A stretch of 64,000 nucleotides of DNA. It comes from Ramazzottius varieornatus (lineage: Eukaryota > Animalia > Tardigrada). The stretch covers positions 372,001 to 436,000 of the forward strand of contig BDGG01000008.1 of NCBI GenBank assembly GCA_001949185.1. Reading direction: 5' to 3'. Shown here in pieces: positions 25,633 through 34,924 of the stretch. The stretch's first letter is position 1, and the number at the start of each line of letters is the position of its first letter. Below the pieces are notes generated by a model. The model was not told where the DNA came from. It saw only the letters and a program-made list of their open reading frames with translations, and did no database searches. A program made the position numbers and the translations under genes.

Positions 25633-28398
25633 TCAATAAACGTTGTCTTTTCCGTCGAAGAAATCAGCTATACGTGTGGCTTCGCGATACCCCGAAAGTA
25701 AAGCTCCATGCATGGTACCCGGATACCGCTTCATGGTGTGTTCGCCAGCAAAACAAACCCGTGGGACGCCATCCACCTCGAGGGGTTCGGCCAGTACATC
25801 GAAGTCGTCACCCGATGCACCGACAGGTACGCTGGAGTACGATCCTCGTGAGAATTGATCCGATCCCCACCTGGAAACTTTGAAATCTTTGGGCAAGGAA
25901 ACGGTCGTTCTGCCGAAAATCTTTTGGAGAACGCGCGTGCATTCTTGCACGATTTGCTCGTCGGACTTCTCTTCCGACGCTATGGCGGCCTTACCTACAA
26001 AACAAATCATTATTGAGACAACATAACTAATGCTTAGAGACTGGGGCAAATTGGTTACCTGCGATAAGGGCAACCAGCACAGGTTGATCATACAGTCCCC
26101 AAAACATGAAGAAGTTTCCCCGCAAGTCAGGGTTTCGGTTGGTGAACCCGAAGAGTGTTCGTCGGGCTTTCCAAAACTTTTTTGGGTAGACCAGGATAAC
26201 TTTGTTGAGCACACCAAAGCCTAACTTTTGTATGGACTGCACTTTTCGGCTCGGGAGGGACGGCTCGAATCTGAGGGTGTTGTGGTTAACACCGTGTTTG
26301 AGGACTCCAAGGGGGACGGTCAGGATCACCGCGTCACACTGAATATCTCGTCTAGACGTCACACCTGGCTCGGAACATCTGGTCGTCACGGTGGCTCCTG
26401 AAGACCCATACGCGATCTTCTCCACAGTCTCGCTGTGGTGAAGTGACACGCCCGCGGACATTTTGTGCACCAACTGAGCCAATCCACCTGCAAAAAGAGG
26501 TGCAAGTTCAACGGAAGTAAAAACACAAAATACTGTATCAAAAGACGAAACTTGAAAGTGGACAAAAAATGACTTCTCGCCGAAGTACCACAAAACGTCA
26601 CCTGTAACGCAGTAGTGGCCACCTGGAAGTTCGTACTCTTCATCCTGGTCCCAATGTTCCACGGACAGATTTTCTACCGGCATCGCGTTAGCAAAGTCGT
26701 AATTCGCCAAATGCCAGCCCAGTATCTGTTGATCTTGTTCCGAGATGTACTGCTCATGGAACTGTTCGGGTAGTTCATCGGCTGGTTCAGCTAAGGCTTC
26801 TTGAGACTCAATCAGTAGCTCGTTCTCCCTCATGTCCGCCTTCAGCTTCTGCAGTTGTTTCCGACATTGCTCAACTTCAGCGTGTCGTTTCCCTATGTTC
26901 GCTTCCCAGTGCTTCTGCATAATTGACTTGGCTTTGTGGAGCAAGTCGAACCGAGTCTTGTACAGGTTTTTCATGAACGTTTTCTCGCGCAACCGATCTT
27001 CTATGACTGAGTTGGCTCTCCCTACCACCTCCAACTCTTTGAGCTTCAAAATCTCCGTTATACACTGACCCATTCCGAACTGAGATTCAGGAGTACCCAG
27101 CCCAACTACATCGTCGGAAGTATTGTTCTCTTTGTTTAGTTCGTAGGACGGAGCAGCGTGGAAATTGTGATAGTGTGTATGGGCAACTGATACCAAGCTT
27201 TCAAACTCTTGTTCCAAGACTTCGTCTCTGTCTTCCGAAATAGTCGATCCGTTGTTGTCGAAGATCGGACAGCGAAGGTCGACCTTTTCCAGCTTGAGGC
27301 CGAGTTGCCGATGCAGGATGATAGCTACGGGATTACCCTCAGTTCCTGTAACCAGCATGGAGCCAAGTTCGCCAAACGTATTTCTGGCTGTGTTGCTGAA
27401 CCAGGGAGAGATCCTTCCACCCGACCGGTTCCTTCCTTCTAGTACGGTCACCTGAAAGGAGAAAAAGATAACAGACTAATAGTCCGCCGTTGATATGCAC
27501 TAAAATTTAAGTGTACCTTGAACCCGAAATTCCGAAGCTGTCTTGCAGCCGCCAACCCGGAAATGCCGGCGCCCACGACCACGATGTGTCTTTGCTGACG
27601 GACCGGAGGAACGGAAAAGGACTGTTCCACCGCAAACTCACCGAAGTTTATCAGACAAGTGCGGTTCAAGTACTTGACGATGCGTATAAGGTGCTCTTGG
27701 TCGAACGAGAACGTAACGCTTTCAAGCGATCGTAGAATCTTCCCGACGGTCAGCCTTTCGGTCGGGTTCCTCAGCCAGAGCTGTAATACTGTGTTTCTCA
27801 GAGTAAGATGCACTGTTCGCAACGACAGCGTTCCTTGAGCGACTTCCGGGAACTCGCTTTCTTCTCTTGTCGTCAACCTGTCCGGATCTGAAACATAAAA
27901 GCTTTCAGTACTAACATTCACGAGTACAACACGGTATCTCGATTTGGTGTGGGTACCTAAGCGGCTCAGGTACGCTGCTCGTGCGGGAGAGGTAGGTTCT
28001 GGAAAAACGGCGTGCTCAGGTTCCGCTTTCTCGTACTCCAAGATGGTGTTGAGCGAGCTGTTGTATTGTATTTCGTCGTCGGCTGGGTTAATCCGCTGCA
28101 CCGGAGCAAATCTGAATTCTTGGCTGGTACTCGTAGAGGGACTCATAGGCCCGGTCTGGAGCTTCGTGTTCGCTCGCATTATCTTTGGTTGCGGTTCGCC
28201 GCTTCTACCACGGTAGTCCGGTTGCGATGTTCTCGAGCTGGAACTTCCGTTACTCAGCGGACTTCCACGACGTACGGGACCGTTGGTAGTAGTTATCTGA
28301 GTTACGTGCGTTGGAGTCTGGACGACTTTAGGAGCTATGGCGGGGATATCCGTCTTGTGCGAGGTCGACGGCTGAACCGATGGCTCTGAAAGAGTCAT
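25633..28398 (-). CDS. KDM1A: Lysine-specific histone demethylase LSD1/KDM1A-like (SWIRM, amine oxidase and Tower domains), divergent
   Basis: SWIRM (LRNTVLQLWLRNP..INFG), FAD-binding IVVVGAGISGLAAARQL, ELGSMLVTGTEGNP, a coiled-coil Tower insert, WHLANYDFANA, HWDQDEEYE, TVPLGVLK, LGFGVLNKV (catalytic Lys position), SRGSYS and FAGEHT..YPGTMHGALLSG.REA. Confidence 0.9.
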
Positions 28399-29522
28399 TC
28401 TGCAATTGAACGAAAGCAAAGACGAAACACTGCATTGTAAGAGCGATCTTGTGTTGTACTAACCAGCAGATGTTCCCAGAGAGATGGAACTTCCTAACGC
28501 AGACATTCTGCGGCCTTACCACCCAGTTTCAACGCCCCAACCTGCAACACTAGAATTCTAAATACGCTTCACGTGGGATTTAGCACGGGTTTTTTGTAGT
28601 GCCGAATTGTACTGTATGATTTGCTTTGTCACAATAATTCCTCCCGCGAGCTCTTACCAGCGTAGAGCACCAGCCGTACTGTGAAGGTAGCGCTTCAGGA
28701 CGAGCTGGCAAACTAGTAGCTGAACCCACTTAGCTCCACAACACCACTATGGCGGATTCGATTATGTCATGTTGTAAGACACTTCGCGGCGGTCCGCAGC
28801 AAGAATTATGCAACAACAAGTTGCTCGCCTATCCAGCTGGTCAACTGCTGGTCCGGCGCTGGTCACTGATAGTTGTGCCGTTGTGTTGATCGAACATAAG
28901 TCCCTACAATAACACCAAGATCAGTTTCCAACGTGTCCCACAGAGAACTGTCTCAAACTTTAAACCATATCGTGCTCCTACTTTAAACCATATCGTCTAT
29001 GTGTCGGGGGTACGAGCTGGAACCAATGTCATCCGAGGAAACTTCGCCCAGCTAGCATCGGACCGAATTCCTGACTGGTCTGGTCCGGTGTAGATGAGGC
29101 GTTTTAGATAGAGTCAGCAGCTTATTCCGCGCCATTATTCCAGAGTCCAGGTACAGCAGCATTATTCCAGAGTCCAGGTACCTCAGCTCCCATGTACCAC
29201 GTAGGCGAGCGATTTGCTAACGTAACTTTGATTGAATCAGGAAACAGCAAGTCCGACGAGGCAGCTGGTCCTGACCGACGTCGCAGATAGGCGTCTTGAA
29301 CAGATCGATACTTCAGCTCCTTCTACAACAAATCACTTGAAGTCATCACTTGAAGTCATCACACCAACAGAACGGAAACTTACCTACCTAGAACTGTAAC
29401 TAACTTTCGCCTGTTGATCACTAAGAAACGATTCCGCAGTTGAAATCCTGGGATAAGCTGAATATAATTCTCTGGAAAATTGAAAATTGCGACTAATTCG
29501 ATGGGTGCACACTGCACCTGTA

Positions 29523-29687
29523 CAGTGTACAACAAAATAAACCGTTAGAAATGGGTGCATGGAGCCAGATGGTTAAAGCCAATGAAATTTGCGCATACAG
29601 TAAAACCTAATTGTCATTGGCTGAGTCGTAAGTAAGTTCAGCTGGACTGTTTCGCTCATTTTTAACGGTTAATTTTGTCGTACACTG
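29523..29687. mobile_element. Tc1/mariner-type MITE (165 bp)
   Basis: The left end CAGTGTACAACAAAATAAACCGTTAGAAATG and the reverse complement of the right end CAGTGTACGACAAAATTAACCGTTAAAAATG match at 28/31; TA flanks both sides. Confidence 0.7.
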
Positions 29688-29999
29688 TACATTGCACGCT
29701 GCGCACCGAGCAAAAGTACACAGTCAATCAATCAAGGCAGATAGTTTCTAAATGACGTCATCGTGCTTGTGACGTCACTTGAAACCTGTGTTAATGCTCC
29801 GGTTGAAGGATTCATGGCCCGAACAGCATAGAAAATTCCGTTCAAAACCTTCCAGCCCCAGACATTTTTCCGTTTTCTGACCCCCGTGTGTACTAGGCCA
29901 TCTTACTGTTATGCTCTGCGCTGCTTGCAGATAGATCTGTGACCACCAGATTTTTCTGGGTGCTGTAGCGGCGGTCTTCGGCATCCCGAGAAGCTCATT

Positions 30000-30682
30000 A
30001 TGAATTGCAGTCTCGCCAGATTAGCCATACGGAGGTTCCTAGCCAAGAATACCGTCCTGATAGGGCCCCTTCCCACATCCGTCCGCATATCATGCGTACG
30101 TCCTATATCCACGACCGATAAGAAGAAGGATGGATCAGTTGGCCTCAGCATACAACAGGACGGAGTATCTACCAAGGTTGGAGGACCAGTAGATACAAAC
30201 TACGTGCAAAGAAAGGTAATCGCTAATCCGAACGGTCCGCTATATAGTAAAATACGGTGTTATTCCCATTGCCTTTGCCGAAATGCTAAAAGTGCTGCTG
30301 CCTTCTGGGTATCTGGGGATGTTATCCTAGGACTGGATCACTCGTGGAATGGACTTTGAGGACGAAGACGAGGACAGATGGGCATACTATTTTGCCATGT
30401 TTGGAATGTTCACCTTCATGAACGTCGCTATAGGATACTACCTCACCTATATGCCCAACCGCGGGTAAGTGTTTCCCGCGAGATTCCCATAAGTAAGTTT
30501 TTGTGTTGAAGGATGCTGTTTGTAGATGGCCTAATCGAGACTGGGTTGAGAGAGAAGCGTATTTGGAACTTCATCGACGAGAAAAGTTTGGTGAACCACT
30601 GGTAGACCCAGATTTCATACCCAGAAGCAGGATAGTCTTACCTTCGGAAGAAGAGCTCGAAGGTTTCGAAATCCACATCTAG
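30000..30682 (+). CDS. NDUFB11: NADH dehydrogenase 1 beta subcomplex subunit 11 (ESSS), 3 exons
   Basis: Mitochondrial presequence, then DWITRGMDFEDEDEDRWAYYFAMF..TM..YMPNR|..RDWVEREAYLELHRREKFGEPLVDPDFIPRSRIVLPSEEEL. Confidence 0.9.
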
Positions 30683-30988
30683 AGTCTTCTGCACGAATCG
30701 AGGTTTGAAAAGAATGTTTTTATGTCTGGGAAGACTATGTGATACTAACGATATTACTTCGCGATTGAGAACCCGCGTTTACTCAGTTTACTCTATTTGG
30801 ATTCAGTTCATCCCTATCGTGAAGTTTCAGCGAGTGGTCCACTGTAGTCTGGCGAATTATCGATATCGTGGTCTGTAGTATCCGAGAGACTTTCTTGCTA
30901 ATGACTTAAGCGCTAAATTGAAAAATCGGGGCTGCATTTTCTTTCAGGAAGACTGTGTGCGAGTTTTGTACTGCGCCGAGTGTTCCTA

Positions 30989-31460
30989 CTGTACACGAAC
31001 GACGAGATATTACGGGCCAGTAAAAATTACGGAGCAGGCCTTTTCGCTACGGCGGCACGGGCAGGCGATTCTTGCTACAAGTAAAAACCAACTTCGAAGG
31101 CTGGCCGCTGGACTGCTGTACGTCCGTCCTGGATATTGGCCCGAACAGCTAAAGCTTATCATATTTGTTATAGCAGTTAGTTTAAGTTAGATCTTCATGG
31201 TACCGGAACACGCACACTTCAACACTTCAAGCTAGTCCAAGGCTTCTCCGGGAGAAAGTCGACAGCAGCGTTGAAGCGTTGAGCCAAACATGATCAGCTG
31301 ATGTCCACTGTCCATGACAGTTTTCTGCGCTTGAATCTCACTACGTTACGTCGTTTGTCCGGTTTCTGTTTCTGACTTCCACACAAATTTTAAATTTGCC
31401 GTCTTTTCCGCCTGGCCCGTAATTTTTACTGGCCCATAATATCACGATGCGCGTGTACTG
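30989..31460. mobile_element. Non-autonomous DNA transposon (pogo/Tc1-like), ~50-bp TIRs, 472 bp
   Basis: Left CTGTACACGAACGACGAGATATTACGGGCCAGTAAAAATTACGGAGCAGGC versus right reverse complement CAGTACACGCGCATCGTGATATTATGGGCCAGTAAAAATTACGGGCCAGGC; TA on both flanks. Confidence 0.75.
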
Positions 31461-31788
31461 TATGGACTTAAATGATGTCGCACTGCAGATGGCGTTTCGG
31501 AACCCAATGCGGTATCACGCAAGCAGGAAGTCAACACGAAAGCTTCGCAGGCGTATGGAGTTTTGGGCTTTAATGCTTAATCCAATGGCGCAAGGAATTC
31601 AGTCGATTCAGATACAAGGGAGCAGTACGAATACTGTTTCACGTTGCGAAATGCAAACCTGACTGGTCCGCGAAAGAGGAAACTCGGTATACTGACAAGA
31701 CTGTACGGAAAAAGCTAACGAACAAAAGCTATTACGAAAAAAAAATTTCCTATGACAGCCGTCATGTATGGGCAAGTCTACGAGGAAA

Positions 31789-32074
31789 TTACTTTCCGGT
31801 GAGGGTGTTCTTGATTTTGTCAGTGGTGGACTCTGCTCCTGTGGCGTGCTTGACTTTGTCCACTCCGTCCTTGATCTGAAAGGAACAAGCATTCAGTAGA
31901 CCTCGCTCCGAAGAACGTAAACAGTGCAGTGTTATGTTCGAGTTTACAGATTATTAGTAATAAGTTCATTCGTAAAGAACTTACGGCATCCCCCGCCTTG
32001 GCTCCAGCGTTCTGGACGTCTTTCTTCAGGCTATCGGCAGCATCGGAGGCTTTATTCTGGGTTCGGTCAGACAT
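31789..32074 (-). CDS. Small LEA-like hydrophilin, 58 aa, 2 exons (31985-32074, 31789-31875)
   Basis: A phase-0 GTAAGT...TTTCAG intron yields MSDRTQNKASDAADSLKKDVQNAGAKAGDAIKDGVDKVKHATGAESTTDKIKNTLTGK*. The protein is A/D/K/T/G-rich and lacks C, W, F, Y and P; the start context is AAAATG. Confidence 0.75.
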
Positions 32075-32196
32075 TTTCTGGATCGTTAAAGAAGTGGTGG
32101 TTGGTGGAGGAGCAAAAACGTTTCTTTTGCAAGGCGAAGGAAAGGTTTATACTCAACGTGGCAGACTGTGAACGCTGAGCATTGCACACAAAGGCC

Positions 32197-32203
32197 TTAT
32201 ATA
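32197..32203 (-). promoter_or_regulatory. TATA box of the LEA-like gene
   Basis: TATATAA on the minus strand ~120 bp upstream of the ATG, with an Inr-like TCACAGT ~30 bp downstream of it. Confidence 0.55.
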
Positions 32204-33267
32204 CGGGCAGCTGCAGAACATGCCGATCGATAGATGCGGGGCAGTTTCCGAACTTGAATTTCAAGTATTTTTCAGTCGCGATTGGTGAAGGCGACTGACG
32301 GCCATCCTTTAGGGGAGGATCGTTTCGTGAGATTGTTGACAGATCAGGATGAACTCGTCTTAATGTTCTTTACAATGGCACACCAAAGCCACTTCCGCCT
32401 TGTGGCATCAAAGCCCGTCCAAGTCCTCGCGATGTGTCCATCGTCCTCCCGTGGATCAAGGCTGGAATGATATAGCTCTGCCCGATTCGAAAGAGTCGAC
32501 ACTGAAGGCTAAAGGAGCTGGTTTTTTTTGACGGAAGACTTACGAACGGAAATATTTGCACGTGGAGCTGTGGACAGATGAATGTCAAATTTCTTTGGCC
32601 TGCTTCCCATGTTGAAACACTGTGTACGAGCTTGAAGGTCACGTGTGTACTGTCGTTCGAGGTTATATATTTCCGCCATCTTCCACACTTCAGTTCCGCG
32701 AAGGCTAAGGAAACTTCTTGTAAATTGGTTTTGATTTTTACTTTTTAGACCAATCTCAATTAGCGGCATTGTCACAAAGCACCGCTGTGAACGGCTCTTC
32801 TGTCTAGCATCCGATTGATGCATTTGGTGCCGTTTCTTTTCCGGATGACTGAACGAAGTTTTGACAACATTTTTAAAGTAGCATCTCTTTTGTCAAACTA
32901 CGGTGGGATGCACGGTAATGACGGTACTGCACGTTCGAAAGCTGTTCACGGAGACGTGACCAATGCGAATAATAGTTTTGTTCTCAAGTCCTGGGTTTAG
33001 TCGACTGAACGTCGGCGTTCTGCGGTCTGTTGAAAGAAACTCCGCCATCTTTATAATAAAAGCAAAAGCTGAAAGTTCAGAATGTTTTTTGATGTTAGGT
33101 CCTCGAGGCTTCGCATCTTCACCCTTCGTCAGCTACACACAGCTCACTGGACAGATCTGGTCAGCCTAACTATTGCGTGCGTAGTTCCTTGCATCGTACC
33201 GAGGTCCCTACTGGGATATCTGGATTTTCCCCTACTGTACTTACAGTATAATCATCCCTTTAATACC

Positions 33268-33912
33268 ATGTTACTTCGGAAAACTGGGTTATTGATTTCT
33301 TCCTTTCTCCTAGAAGCCTTGTTTCTTGGACCTACAGATGGACAGTTGTACACGATCTACGACATTAAGGTGCCGACCACTCCCCGTGCAACAACCCACG
33401 CACCCACAACAACTACGAGAGCCGCCACCACTACCACCACAAGAGCTCCAGTATTTTACTACAACTACTACGGAGACCCTGTAACACAAGCTCCAGCTAC
33501 CACCACAACCACCGCGAGGCCAACCACCACCACAACGACAATTCCTGTCGCGACGACACCCGCTCGACCAATGTACTACGATGCTTATTACGGAACCTAT
33601 AACGCCATGACGGCAGCACCGACCACGACCCGGGCTTCTACCACTACAAGACGTCCAACCACAACCGCCAGCCCAGTTTACAGCTACAATTACAACACCA
33701 ACAACATTGTCCAGTCCTACGTTCAGTATGGTCCACAGTCTGGTATGCAGTACCCCAGCTCGGGTCTTGGCGGCGGAAGCTCGATGCAGTTAGGTCCTTA
33801 TTTTGGCCCAGCGCAGATGACTGTACAGTCTCGAAGTTACAGTTTTCCTTTCTCGTCGATCTTCTTCAATCCTATGGATTCCCGTAACTTATTCATAGAA
33901 CTGAGCTCTTAG
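33268..33912 (+). CDS. Secreted Thr/Pro/Tyr-rich mucin-like protein with C-terminal FNPMDSRNL motif
   Basis: Signal-peptide-like MLLRKTGLLISSFLLEALFLGPTDG, followed by Thr-rich tracts alternating with Tyr-rich spacers (FYYNYYG, MYYDAYYG, YSYNY); single coding exon. Confidence 0.75.
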   Translation: MLLRKTGLLISSFLLEALFLGPTDGQLYTIYDIKVPTTPRATTHAPTTTTRAATTTTTRAPVFYYNYYGDPVTQAPATTTTTARPTTTTTTIPVATTPARPMYYDAYYGTYNAMTAAPTTTRASTTTRRPTTTASPVYSYNYNTNNIVQSYVQYGPQSGMQYPSSGLGGGSSMQLGPYFGPAQMTVQSRSYSFPFSSIFFNPMDSRNLFIELSS

Positions 33913-34842
33913 TATCGGGCAATCGGACTTGGAAGGCGCAGAGTGTGTCGATAGTTAACCTCACCAGGGCATGCTTGTTGGAGTGTCGTGTCCGCATGTG
34001 TCCAAACGACCGCCTTGTTTTTTCGCGGAGGTGCTCGCAGTCGGACTTTCGTTTATTGTAAATCTATTTTTTAATGAGCGCAGCTTCTGACAGCAGGTGT
34101 CAAAGACAAGTTTTGTTTTCGTACACGACCACAATAAGGATTATTTGAAGTATGTGTACTACCTACTGATAGCTCCACATGGGTCCAGACACATTTTATT
34201 TTATTTCAATTTTAATAGCCAAATTTCGCTACAGTTTCCCGGCGTCTTACACTAATCAGGGTCAATTGTCAATCATCAAGTGTGGTTTTGAGGTCCTTGA
34301 CAATTTCGTTCACTTGAGCATACGGCAAAACGACTTTCGATATATTATGATTAATGATGGCGCCTGGCCTTCAAATGCCTATGTACCTGAGCCGGACGGG
34401 TTGACGGCGCTAATCATACCACGATAGCGCAAAAAGTGGCTCGAACGATCGCGAACTCGGTAGTAACAGACGTCGATTCCGACAAGTGGATAGTTTTTGA
34501 CTATCCGAACCAACAGCTCGCTTCAGAATTTGATCAGCTCTATACGTACAACAATGTCGAGGAATGAAGAAAGCCATGTTATCAAATCTGTTTTCTTCGT
34601 GTATATGGTACAATGAGCAGTTCTTCAGGCTGTTCTGACAGATGAAGTTCGATGGGTCCTCCGAACGGCGCCCGCGTCCAGCTGCAGGCTGATATTCGAT
34701 CGTCCGAACGTAAGGAGCTTGCCATCTTACTCAAGACCTGCCGTCGATTTCAAGTTACGTGAGATTAGCATAAAGACAGTTTTAGCGTTCTACATGCCGT
34801 CCATTTGTCGCAGGAGATCACGAACGGTTCCGCAAACACATG

Positions 34843-34849
34843 TATAAAT
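34843..34849 (+). promoter_or_regulatory. Putative TATA box of the Gly/Ser/Tyr-rich gene
   Basis: TATAAAT ~80 bp upstream of the ATG at 34925. Confidence 0.4.
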
Positions 34850-34924
34850 TTAAGAATTCTAATTGTCCCGTCTGTTTGATCCGATTAAATTTTTGATTTC
34901 ACTCTTGTTCACACCCAGTGTCAA

